Shown: positions 1-11,521 of the stretch, in pieces
How the letters are laid out: each line of letters begins with the position of its first letter
How positions within the stretch are numbered: position 1 is the first letter of the stretch
Source of the DNA: Catajapyx aquilonaris
Taxonomy: Eukaryota
DNA: 39,944 nt
Assembly: GCA_000934665.2 (NCBI GenBank)
Contig: JYFJ02003613.1
Span: forward strand, 1-39,944
Reading direction: 5' to 3'
Notes under the pieces: model-generated
What the model was told of the DNA's origin: nothing
Database searches by the model: none
The model's input: only the letters and a program-made list of their open reading frames with translations
Translations under genes and position numbers: made by a program

Positions 1-165
1 CTTTTTTTTGCCCATGCTTTTTTTTGCCCACGCTTTTTTTTGCCCACGCTTTTTTTTTGCCCATGCTTTCTTTTGCCCATGCTTTTTTTTGCCCATGCTT
101 TTTTTTGCCCACATATTTCTTTGCCCACGCTTGTTTTTGGCCACAAACTTTTTTTCCGCACTTGT
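1..165. repeat. Tandem repeat (T)nGCCCAYGC, ~16-18 bp unit
   Basis: Repeated ttttttttgcccatgc/ttttttttgcccacgc, degenerating by ~165. Confidence 0.9.
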
Positions 166-223
166 TTCTGTTTGACCATGCTTAAATTTTCCTTGGTAAT
201 ATTTTCCCATTTCCCTCCCCATA

Positions 224-1200
224 CTTTACTACACGACGAAGTGGCCGGAGTCGGGGTGGAGCGCAACTGGCCGTGGCAATACCACAATAACGTTCATTGA
301 CCTGGGGCGCCACAAAAAGCACAGTAATTTTGGTGGTTACATAACCCACAATAAGCGCCCAGCCAGCTCCAAAATTAACTAAAATTACCTAATTAACTTA
401 ATTAACATCTTAACTGAATTAATTAATTACCGGTATTTATATAAAATTGTAACTAAACCTTAACTTATGCACCAAACTATTAGTAACGATTATTAGCTAT
501 TATACTAACTATTATTAACAAACCTAGTTTATCTATTATTATAGCTAATAATTTCCTATATTTACCATTATTATAGCTAATTTCCTATATTTACTATTAT
601 TAGCTAATTTCCTATATTTACTGTTATTAGCTAATTTCATCTATTATTAACTAGCTGTTATTAGCTAATTTCCTATATTTACTATTATTAACTAGCTGTT
701 ATTAGCTAATTTCCTATATTTACTATTATTAACTAGCTGTTATTAGCTAATTTCCTATATTTACTATTATTAACTAGCTGTTATTAGCTAATTTCATATA
801 TTTACTATTATTAGCTAATTTCCTATATTTACTATTACTAGCTAATTTCCTATATTTACTATTATTAGCTAATTTCACCTAGATATTATTAGCTAATTTC
901 ATCTATTATTAACTAGCTATTATTAGCTAACTTCATCTATTATTAACTAGCTATTATTAGCTAATTTCATCTATTATTAACTAGATATTATTAACTAGCT
1001 ATTATTGTTACTGACCTACTGTAGTTTAACTATCAGTCTATCATTAGCTATTTTATCTCTTAATAATTATTATTGTTACTAAACTATGTTAGCTACATTA
1101 TTAACTGTTATTATATTACTAAACTATTATGAACTAAAATTATCTCGCTAACGGACCCTGCCTGGTGGGGCCGCAAAAGTCACTTCGTCGCGTAGTAAAG
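224..1200. mobile_element. Non-autonomous TIR element enclosing an AT-rich tandem array
   Basis: 20-bp TIRs CTTTACTACACGACGAAGTG (224-243) and CACTTCGTCGCGTAGTAAAG (1181-1200), 19/20 match. GC-rich subterminal ends, interior array of ttattagctaatttcctatatttacta units (~520-990). No clear TSD. Confidence 0.7.
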
Positions 1201-1235
1201 ATCAGCTGATGAAAGTGAGTACATTGTCTTATTAC

Positions 1236-4200
1236 CCAATTATGGCCACGGCCGGTTCTGTCAGAAGTGGTACCGTGAGCGTGTGGGTATTGTCCGACGG
1301 GTTCAGGTCCTCCGTGGCCGACGTGACGTTCAGGTTCATCGTGAACTGTTTCGTGCCAGGTAGCACCTTGGACACGTCGACTTTCAGGGATATGGACACG
1401 TTGTGCTTGGCGGAGAGTGAGTTGGACACCCGGCATCGCAGGACACCGTTGGTCTCCTGGCACAGTCCGGGCAAGCTTCCGAACGATGCGGACGCAGACA
1501 TGTACAGATCCACGCCAGACGCGTCTTCGCCCAGGTTCATCGTAGTCACCAGGACCTCGAAGGTACCTGGCGTACCAAGCACCCAGCCGGACGCGTTCAC
1601 AAAGGCTTTAGCCACGACTTGCAGGTCCGCCGTACACACACCGTTGTCGTCCGAGTCGCATCGTGGCAGGAAGGGCAGCTCGAGCTTTGCGACGCCTCCG
1701 TCCGGTGCCGACACTGCTGCCGACGTCGAAGTTTCTCTCGACATGTCCTCCTCGCACGTTGGTGGTGGTCCTCTCGATTTATTGGGTACCCTCAGAGTCA
1801 GAGTCATCGACACCGGAAGACTAGAGTCGGTCGTGTTGGTCTTGACGGAGATCCGGTACGACTTGCACTTTAGCTGATTAATGTCCAGTTTGTGACTGAT
1901 CGGTACGGAGCTGGCGTCGTCGTGCTCGGACACTCCTAGGATGGTCAGTCGGGGCTGTGCTACCATCACGTCCACTCGAAGACAGCCGTGAATAGCTGTA
2001 AGTACCGGTATACCCTATTAGCTACCTGGTAATGGCATTACTAATAATGTGACCTCTGACATACCCATACTGCTAGACAGGTACTTCCCGGAGTACAACA
2101 TGCACGCGTCCACTTGGAAGGTCGTGACGTTGAATAGGACGCGTGACACAGACGCGTTCAAGTACGGCGTCAACACAGCCACAGGTCTCGACTTCAGGAT
2201 GACCGCATCTCCGGACAGGTACGCTCCGACAGCCAGGTCCGGATACATGTTCCCATCGACGTCTCCGGACGCCAACGACGCTCCAAAACCACGGACGGTC
2301 GGACCTGCGACTGCAGATCCCAACACACGCTGAGACGCACGTTGTCTGACCCCCTTGGAGTGTCCGTGGTATATGTACACTGCACCGGCATTGTCCTCGA
2401 AAGGTGCTCCTACCGCCACGTCGTCGTACCCATCGCCGTTGATATCCCCGACGCCAATGACACAACTGCCGAATCTGGCTCCGGGTGACCTGCTGCCCAC
2501 CAGTGACCTGACCTCATCCAGCTGGCCGTTACCTTTACTCAGATACACATACACCCTCCCTTCGTCCCCGTTTTGAAGCGCGTGCATCGGGGCTCCAACA
2601 AACACGTCGTCGAGTCCGTCCTTGTTGACATCCACGGCTGCCACGGCTGACCCGAAGCCCTCGCCCAGCTGTGACCCGACCCTCTGCAGTCGCCAGGTCA
2701 TCCGTTCGTTCCACCGTTCTCCGCTGGGGAACTGAAAGCCCAGGATTCGGCCCCTGAGTGCGGCTGCTCTGGGCGCCCCCAGAATGAACAGGACTGATGT
2801 TGAAGACAGGACTTGACCTGAGGTCATCGAGTAACCTGTAAGGAATGTTAGGTTAGGTTGGGAGCACGGTTTCTACACCCCCTTAGTGACGTGTGGAGCA
2901 ATATTCATGCGCGCGCAGGCTTGCCCCGCCCATTCGGAGGAGAGTACGTGCGCGCGCAAGGTAATCTCCACCCCTTAGTGACCTATGGAGCAGGATTCAT
3001 GCGCACACAGGCGTCCTCCACCCATTGGGAGGATAGTACGTGCGTATAGGTAAGCTCCACCCCTTAGTGACGTTCGGAGCAATATTCATGCGCGCGCAGG
3101 CTATTCCCGCCCATTGGGAGGAGAATACGTGCGCGCGCAATAAGTTATGTGGTTCAACCCTTAGTGACGTGTGCAGCAGGATTCCTGCGCACGCACCACC
3201 TATTGGGAGGAGAGTACATGCGTGCGCAAGGTAGGCTCCACTCCTTACAGTGACGTGCGGAGCAAAATTCCTGCGCGCTCACGCTTGCCCGCCCATTGGG
3301 AGTACGTGCGCGAGCAATAAAGTTACATGGTCCACCCCTTAGTGATGTGTGGAGCAAAATTCCTGCGCGCGCAGGCTTGCCCCTCCTATTGGGATGAGAA
3401 TACGTGCGCGCGCAAATAGATACGGTATATGGTCCACCCCTTAGTGAGAAGGATTCCTTCGCACGCAGGTTTGTTCCACACATTGGAGGGAGAGGACGTG
3501 CTCGCGCAAGGTATGCTCCACCGCGGCAAATGGTTCGCTCCGTCCATTGGGAGGAGAGTGTGCTTGCGCAAGGTGTGCTGCTCCACCCCTTAGTGACGTG
3601 TGGAGTATGATATCTGCGCGCGGGGGCTTGCTCCATCCATTGGAAGGAGAGTACGTGCGTGCGCAAGGCAGCCCCACCCCCCAAAGTGACGTGTGCAGCA
3701 GAATTCATGCGCGCGCAGGCTTGCTCCGCCCATTGGGAGGAAAGTATGTGCGCGCGCAAGTTTGCTCCACCTAAGTGTAAGTGATTCGTAATTTACCGGC
3801 TAAATTTGACGCCTCCCAGTTTGGAGGGGTGTGCGGAGGCTTTACTGCCCTGACAGACCTCGGCGCTGGAAGTGCCACACCAGCGAAGTGCAGGTACCTG
3901 ATCGCCGTACCTGAAAGACAATGGTCATTATTTTGGTACAGTATACAGTGAAGATTATATGACCTTACCTGACCAATCGTACACCCCAGGTGCGCCCAGA
4001 ACCAGCTGGCTTCCGTCCTGTGAACATGAATCGTACTATATTGGCATCATACTTCCAGGATTGGCTACATGTAGAGTTAAGCTCCACCCATCGATCCCGC
4101 CCACTTTAGGTTTCAATTTTTGACATTTTATATTAGCATCTTGCTTACAGTTGGGCATATTATCATATTTGCCAGAGGAAGTTAAGCTCCGCCCATTCTC

Positions 4201-5910
4201 AGCATGCCCCGCCCATCGTTATCTATGCCCCACCCACTTTATGCTTCAATTTTCTATTGGCAGCTTGTCTGTTGGACATCCTGGCATGGTTTTCAGGGGA
4301 AGTTAAGCTCCGCCCATTGGCATTATGCCCCGCCCGTCGTTATCTATGCCCCGCCCACTTATTGATTCAATTTTCTATTGGCATCTTGACTGTTGAGCAT
4401 CCTGGCATGGTTGCCAGGGGAAGTTAAGCTCCGCCCATAGCCATTACGCCCCGCCCGTCGTTATTTATGCCCCGCCCACTTTCGTCTTCAGTTTTACGCA
4501 TCAGATCGAGGCAACCTTTGACCCTTGACTGACCTTGGTCATGTGCGCTGAGAACCCTGATTGGCCCAGCCTGTAGTAGTATATCCCTCGTCCGTACAGA
4601 GTCTCCGTTTGCTTTCCCTGGTCCTGCAGTGGGTCATACACCAGGGATGACCTGTTGGACATCCAGGGGTCAAGCCGGCCGTAGCAGGCTCCGTTCATTC
4701 CGTAGAAATCATTGGGGCCGTTGTTGACCTCGCCTCTGCGCCAGCGTGGCCCGCAGGTCACCACCTGCCAACCTAGCTGGTTGCTCGGACGGGACGAGAA
4801 CGGGGTCGAGGTCACCAATGACCCCCCAATCCAAGCGTTGCGTCGGCTGTCGCAAGAGTCACCGCAGCTCCCACTCACTTTGCTGGCTGGTTAATTAATA
4901 AGTCATGTTGTAAAAAAAATTATATGCAAGTAATATATCAATAATCTCACTTCATGAATGTGACAATAATAATAATTTATCGGCATTAATTATTTTATTC
5001 ATTTTATTTACAGTACATTAATAATAATTTATCGGCATTAATTCTTTTATTCATTTTATTTACAGTACATTAATAATTTTACATGACGCTAACAACACTA
5101 ATTATATAATATTATTAAATAAATGAAATATTATTAAATAAATAAAATAATTAAAATAAAATAATTAAAATAAAATAATTAAAATAAAATAATTAAAATA
5201 AAATAATTAAAATAAAATAATTAAAATAAAATAATTAAACAAATGAAATAATAAAATAATAAAAATAAAATACCTAATTAAAATAATTAAAATAAAATAA
5301 TTAAAATAATTAAATAATTAGATAAATAGAATGACGAATTAATAAATAACGAATTAAAATCAATATAAATAAAATAAGTACTTATATAAATAAATATAAA
5401 TGAGATATGTAAATAAACATTAAATAAATATAAATAAAATAAGTACTTATATAAATAAATATAAATGAGATATGTAAATAAACATTAAATAAATGTAACT
5501 AATAAACATTAAATAAATATTGTGCACTACATACACAATATTGCATAATAATTATATCAACCTAAATTATTATCTTCCCAGTGTTTCTTACCCAGGTCAT
5601 CGACATAGACTTCGTGGCATGTCCCGACTCCACTATCCGTGACATCGCACCTGTAGAGGGCTCCAGGTTGGTGCACATTGGGCAGGTAAGTCGAGTTGGA
5701 CTTGGGCGCTCCAACGTATATCCTGGCCCTCCCTTCCTCCACCCCTTCGGCCCCTGAAGGTACCAGGCCCACCGAGTACCCGAAGTAGCTACCAAGGGCG
5801 GCCCCGGGGCCAGTAGGATGGGCCAGGAGGGGGTTGGAGGTGTCCAGGTTGAACGAGGTGCAATAATAAGGCGCGACTAGGAGGGACAATAATGGAAGGA
5901 ACACCTCCAT
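1236..5910 (-). CDS. Integrin alpha subunit (no I-domain), 5' part; 3' exons (rest of leg, TM, GFFKR tail) not found in window
   Basis: Phase-compatible GT-AG exons 5910-5592, 4886-4534, 4017-3969, 3910-3797, 2835-2065, 1995-1236. Signal peptide then 'FNLD' mature N-terminus. FG-GAP repeats (SYFGYSV..IYVGAP, LVLGAPGVYDW, ILGAPR, FGSAV..VFVGAP, FGSCV..VAVGAP, FGASL..LAVGAY). Ca-binding loops DVNKDGLDD, DINGDGYDD, DVDGNMYPD. Thigh/genu 'CDSDDNGVCTADL' and 'NLGEDA'. Confidence 0.95.
2865..3771. repeat. Intronic minisatellite, ~90-95 bp unit, ~10 copies
   Basis: Unit ccccttagtgacgtgtggagca..tgcgcgcgcaggcttgccccgcccattgggaggagagtacgtgcgcgcgcaagg in integrin intron 4. Confidence 0.92.
4070..4490. 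repeat. Intronic minisatellite, ~120 bp unit, ~4 copies, GC-box rich
   Basis: gttaagctcc(g/a)ccca recurs at ~4076, 4181, 4302, 4423, each followed by ccccgccc motifs. Confidence 0.88.
4960..5525. repeat. AT-rich low-complexity tandem repeats (15-bp AATAATTAAAATAA(A) array plus two longer duplications)
   Basis: Visible periodicity at 5140-5320. Duplicated blocks at ~4967-5075 and ~5364-5495. Confidence 0.85.
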
Positions 5911-6479
5911 GTTTCAATAGCAGTTGGCTAAGTGCATTGGATTATTTTATCGCCATCGACCTGTTATCGTGTAGTGGCTTTTTAGACCTCAACCACTTCC
6001 GTCAGACTACTCTCCCCGTGTGTTGTAACAAACAGCAGTGTTGCAATCATGTGGGAGCACCTTCATGAATAGTGAGCAAGTATTTATGACTTATGACCAC
6101 TCCCCCCCAAAAATTGCTCATATTATTCATGTCTAATTAGACCTCCATCACTTCAGAGCAGGGCAATTGTCCACAAATAAAGTAGGCTATACTCAAAAGG
6201 TGACCTCAGATGACCACAGTGGCCAAATGTTACTTTTGGGGTCAACAAACACTTTTGACCTTCATTTTAAAATGTTTTGACTTCCTATGTCTGTATACGG
6301 TCATTTTTAACTTATTTTCATAAATTTTGTCCTTTGCGACCTAATATGACCTAGGAGGCCCACCAATACTGCCACTTTCGGGGTTAACAAACACTTGTCA
6401 ACTTTAAAAAAATATATCTCTCGACATGCCCACAGCCTGCAATGCTGAAAATCTACTGATACAAAATGATTAAAGCTGA

Positions 6480-7040
6480 GTTAAAAATTGATTGAAAATT
6501 GCATTCAAATTCCATTATAAAGTGCATTAGAATCGATTGAAAATTGCATTGAAATCTTATTGAAAGTTACATTAACATTGCATTTAAAACATTTAAATTG
6601 CATTAAAAATCGATTGAAAATTACATTGGATTACAAGTTGCACTGAAATTGACAATTGCATTAAAATATATTTAAATTGCATTTCAATTGACTACATTTT
6701 TTTGTATTACCTAAGTTGTGTTTAAACTTGATCGAAAATTGCATTTAAAGGAATTAAAATTGAATGAAAATACGATTGGAAAAGGCATGTTCAAAATAGT
6801 AATCAAATTTGAATCAAATTATATTCGAATTATACATCATCGAAATTGCATTTTAAAAAATGATACAAAATATATGGAAGATTGTCTTCAAATTACGCAC
6901 ACATTGAAAATTGCATTAAAATTGATAAGAATTGATTGAAAATTGATTGAAAATTGCATTCAATAGATTCAAACTGCATTGATAATTGCATTCAATAGAT
7001 TCAAATAGCATTGATAATTCACTAAGATTGCATCAAAAAC
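6480..7040. repeat. Degenerate AT-rich repeat built on AAAATTGCATT
   Basis: Many copies of (g)aaaattgcatt and attgattgaaa. Confidence 0.75.
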
Positions 7041-7819
7041 GCGAATTTGCACACATTTTGATTTTTATTCCAAACATATGTTGCCACCCTGGCATTCAGC
7101 CTGGTGTATGCTGTAGGTCAGACTGTCCCGGCTCTAAATAAATTTCCCGCACCTTTCTACGCCCATTACATGTCCCGCAATCCCTCCTGGAACCCAACCC
7201 TGCATCGACCACTGTGCGCAGCCATGTTTTCCTAAAAAAATGGCCGCCAGCAGAGCTCCAAGATGGCCGCCCGAGTTCCAACATGGCCTCCAACACCCTC
7301 TCTCGATGCCGATATCCCCACCTCCTGGTTACGACTCCTTCTCCCCTGTCCCCTTTCGCCTGCTCTGCGCAGCTGGGAACCCACCACATTCTCTACCCGC
7401 TCCAGGGGGGAAACACACGCCCCACATGAGAAAAGCCACACATGGATTCAACCCCCCCACACCACCTGCATCCACATTGTTGCTGGGGGAGCCAGGAGGT
7501 GCCCCCTGAATTCTTGTTTCGCAGCCAAATGCTGGCCGGGAGAGATTTTTTTATTTTTATTTTTTATTTTTAAAAAAAGGGGGCCGGTTTTTTTTGGATA
7601 CTCTTCCCCCCTTTTCCCCAGGTGCCGCCAGCTCGGTTCGATGGTGGTGTGGCCTGGAGAATGAATGATGATGACGCGAGGCGCTTGCATAATTTCCCGC
7701 CTTCCACTCACAGGGCAACAAAAGGCGGACAGGAGCAAGGGATAGAGGACAGGACCAACAGGTTTTTGCACCCCCTACCTTTTGGGAGGCAGGGTTTAAC
7801 ACACCTGGGGACGAGGTAG

Positions 7820-8770
7820 TACCGTGCAATGGAAGCCTGCATGCCTATACCATGCTGCATATACGGCATATGCACACCTTGGATATGCTAAGCTGGACAC
7901 TACTGGACAGTAAGGTGGCTGTGCGACTAGTATATGCCGTCGTGAACAGCGCAGCGTGCCCATCACAAACTTGTTGCTATGCGCAACGCATACCGAACAT
8001 ATGGGAGCACATGACAAAGATTGTGCACAAATCCCATGATTTTAAACATCAGCACATGTGGCGTATCCCCCATTGCTGTCGTGAGAATAAAGCGCGTGCT
8101 CATGCCAACCAAGTTGCCATGAGCATATGTATGTAGCTACCCACAAATGTAAGCAGTGTATGACAAACCGATGCGATGCGTCCGGTATGACCAGCAACCT
8201 GGCTCATGGCAACGCCCAGCCCATGCCAACCGATTGCCATGCCCATCATACTGTGTGTAAGGTACACAATGTGTTCATGACAACCGTTGCGATGAGCCCG
8301 ACGACATGTATTAGCCACCTCATTACTGTGCTGTCGCGTGCACAGTACTCATGCGAACAGAGCAGATGCGAACCGGTTGCCATGCGCCACGTAATTGCAC
8401 GCTTTCTGTTCCATCGTGCACCGTCCTCCCAATGTGAACGAACTGGTGCATGACAACACCCCATACCCCCATATACGACGAGCGAAGCGCCGCATGCCAA
8501 CCGGTTGCCATGCTCATACTGTGTACGATTACATATCTATAATGCCATGGCGTCGTCAGCAGTGTGTTCATGCTAACCCTGCCAACCGATGCGCCCGGTA
8601 TGACCAAACCTGGCTCATGGCAACACCCTGCCCATGCCAACCCGTACGTTGGCTCTCATGCACTGTGTATAATGGTAGGCTACACATCTAATGCCGTCGC
8701 GTGGTCATCAGCAGTGTTGATGTCAACCAGTTGCGATGGGGATGGGCCCCCCTTCCCCGTCGCGTGGCAA
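7820..8770. repeat. Degenerate repeat region rich in CATGCCAACC(N)GTTGCCATG / CATGGCAAC motifs
   Basis: Motif copies at ~8101, 8222, 8276, 8371, 8493, 8634. Block ~8165-8260 is duplicated at ~8585-8670. Confidence 0.7.
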
Positions 8771-9837
8771 CCCCGGCCGTATAGGGGGCGTACTAGACTC
8801 TTCCGAGAGACTCTGCCGGGGCCATTCACGTAGCGCTCGCTCGTCCTATTTTCGTCGCTGGGAGAGCAGAATTGCGCGGATATCTACCAGGAGGCCATCA
8901 CACGCCAGGAGGTACCGCCACACCCGGCATATACGAGCGAGCGTTGTCCCCACTCTCCTTCTAGACCTCCTGCCCACTTACAGGCTCCTGAGCCCTCACG
9001 TGGGCAGGGCTCCATCCCGCCGGGCCCAATTCCCCTCCATTTTTATACCCCGGCTCTTTTTGCAGAGCTAGACGTGGAGGAGGCCTCCCGCGCGACCGGC
9101 CACCTTTTCTACCTTTCCCCGTCTCTTTATCTCCTGTCCGCCCTATTTTTCAGGCTGCCTCTCACACACTCTCCTCTCACATGTGTGTGTGTGCACATGT
9201 GTGTGTGAGTAGGGGTCGCGCGCGTGTGTGTGCGAGGAGGGGTGGGGCGGGGGCGGGATGTGGCCATGGTATGCAACCTCCTGCCCATGTTGAGACCCTG
9301 GCATGGAGCGCGCGCTTGCCTCGCCCCATCTTTTACTACCCGGGGACTAGGAGCGGCCATGTTGGGGGATTGGGGATGGTGCCCTCCAGCCTTGTATAAC
9401 GTGTGGGCGGGTGGAGTTATGGCAAGCGATTTTTGCTACCCTGTCTACCCGGCTTGTATCGGGTCTATCACCCGGAGTTTCTATCGGCCGTGTGGGCGGG
9501 GGACATCGATCCGTATGCTCCATGATATAATATGTACGTCATCTGCTTCGGTGGTGGAGCAGGCGTGGATGGCCCCCCCTAGGTGACGTCAATGCTCGGA
9601 AACAATACAAAACCCCTTTTCAAATTTTCTATTATTGTTACCACCACACTGCGACATACAGCAGGGGTGTCCCACAATAAGTCTGGAACTATAGCTCATA
9701 TTATTTGATTGATTATATTGTTGGTTTCCAGTTGTGACAGCCAGCGGTTTGTACAGCAAGGGGGTAACCACCCCCCAAAGTGTACTACACCAGATCACTC
9801 TTTATTAGTAAAATAAATATTGGACAAACTTTCTGCT

Positions 9838-9966
9838 TTATCCTCCTGAGACCCCTGGTACAGTATACTGTACCTTTGCTTTTGGGTTTTTTACGCGTTT
9901 GAGTTAGTCAGAAGGTGCTGGAAAAAAAAGGTACAGTATACTGTACCAGGGGTCTCAGGAGGATAA
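9838..9966. mobile_element. 129-bp MITE-like element with perfect 40-bp inverted arms
   Basis: TTATCCTCCTGAGACCCCTGGTACAGTATACTGTACCTTT (9838-9877) is the exact reverse complement of 9927-9966. Confidence 0.8.
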
Positions 9967-10139
9967 CATTTGTTTCATATACTGTACTGATGGGGGTGGG
10001 TTCCATCAAATATCGCAAGTCAAATTATTATATCGTCGTAATAACCGGTCGTAACCATATAGTTACAATTATATACTTTGATCAATCACCCCCCTGTTTA
10101 TTTATTAGCTATTCAATAATTATTAGTTATTTGTTTCAT

Positions 10140-10410
10140 TAAACAGTTATTGATTATTTATCAGTTGTCGGTTATTTACTAGTTAGTATTAGTTGGTTAT
10201 TGTATCGGTTATTTATTAGTCAGTATTAGTAGGTTATTGTATCGGTTATTTATTAGTCAGTATTAGTAGGTTATTGTATCGGTTATTTATTAGTTAGTTA
10301 TTGTAATAACTAATAAATAGCCGACAACTCTAGTTGTCAGTTTTTTATTAGTTATTATAATTAGTTTTTGTATCGGTTATTTATTAGTTATTAGTTAGGG
10401 GTTATTTATT
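10140..10410. repeat. AT-rich tandem repeat, ~37 bp unit (gttatttattagtcagtattagtaggttattgtatcg)
   Basis: Three or more near-identical consecutive copies plus degenerate flanks. Confidence 0.85.
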
Positions 10411-10485
10411 ATTCGGTTCCAAGCCATTTCCAGCAAGAGCGGGACCCTGTACACCGGTTCCACCTTCCATGAAGTGGTTACCCCC

Positions 10486-10499
10486 TACTACTACTACTT

Positions 10500-10572
<73 letters not shown>

Positions 10573-10644
10573 CACCACCACCACCACCACCACCATTAGC
10601 TCTTGCTGCTGCTGCTGCTACTACTACTACTACTACTACTGCTG

Positions 10645-10685
<41 letters not shown>

Positions 10686-10693
10686 GCTGCTAC
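10486..10693. repeat. Compound trinucleotide microsatellite (CTA)n(CCA)n..(CTG)n(CTA)n
   Basis: Direct reading. Confidence 0.97.
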
Positions 10694-10823
10694 TCAACAC
10701 ACATGAATATTATTGAGAGCACATAATTGCTATAAATAGTACAGATGATAGAGACGGATAGAGATGAGGTGCGCATGACATGCAGCCATGTGCTTATCTA
10801 GGAAGAGCGACAAGAGCAAGGGA

Positions 10824-10896
10824 GTTTCCGTAGTGTAGCGGTTATCACGTGCGCCTCACACGCGCAAGGTCCCCGGTTCGACCCCGGGCGGGAACA
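10824..10896 (+). tRNA. tRNA-Val-CAC: tRNA-Val (anticodon CAC)
   Basis: GTTTCCGTAGTGTAGCGGTTATCACG..GGTTCGACCCCGGGCGGGAACA. 73 nt cloverleaf, anticodon arm TGCGC-CT-CAC-AC-GCGCA, A and B boxes present, no intron. Confidence 0.97.
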
Positions 10897-10902
10897 CTTT
10901 AG

Positions 10903-10910
10903 TTTTTTTT
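10903..10910 (+). terminator. RNA polymerase III terminator (T-run) of tRNA-Val
   Basis: Run of 8 T beginning 7 nt after the tRNA 3' end. Confidence 0.8.
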
Positions 10911-11521
10911 AAAATCATTGTTAAGTTAATTAATTTATGGTACTAATTTGCGTGCACTTATTTTATTACCGAGTTGTTATTAACGTTTGTTTTATATTAA
11001 AGAAATAGTCAGGTGAGTGGATTTGTAGCTAGACAATAAAATGTGTGACCGTGTGTGACGCATGGCAACAACTGCCATGTTGTCATGCGCATGCCAATTG
11101 GCTCGCTCAGTTTTCTTGGGGGTACACTTAGTCTGCACCTAGAAATTGTAATTGTCAGCGCAACACGGTTGGCTCTAATTGGCTTCAATGAGCCGTAACG
11201 AACCGTAACGAACCTTGATTGGATGATTGGCGTGGCACAAACGACGTCGCGTGGGCCCGGGTTGGTTGACCTCACGCTTCCAGCGCATGACAACCGAGAA
11301 ACTCTCCAATACAAGAGAATTGTGGTCAAGACAGCAACTAAAAGGCCATATAAAGCTGGATCCGAAGTGGCGGCGCCCATGTGGGGTAGCATATGAGCAT
11401 TCTGCTGGATCCAAAATGGCGACGTCCATATGACATGGCAATAAAAACCGCAGTTTAATTAATTGTTTTTAAAAAACTTTATAAAAGTGTGTTTGTGACT
11501 ACAGGCATTGCTTGGCTGGCC

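Noticed and set aside
229..301. Possible next integrin exon on the minus strand
   Set aside because: Sequence belongs to the TIR element end, has relatives at 15450 and 15590, and shows no integrin-like translation.
1209..1877. 222-aa plus-strand ORF (likewise 17204-17713, 24663-25202, 28959-29645)
   Set aside because: Antisense shadows of GC-rich coding exons with no recognisable domain.
3154..3759. 201-aa ORF and overlapping ORFs
   Set aside because: Lie entirely within the 90-bp minisatellite.
10402..10726. Poly-Thr/Tyr and poly-Val ORFs
   Set aside because: Translations of a trinucleotide microsatellite.
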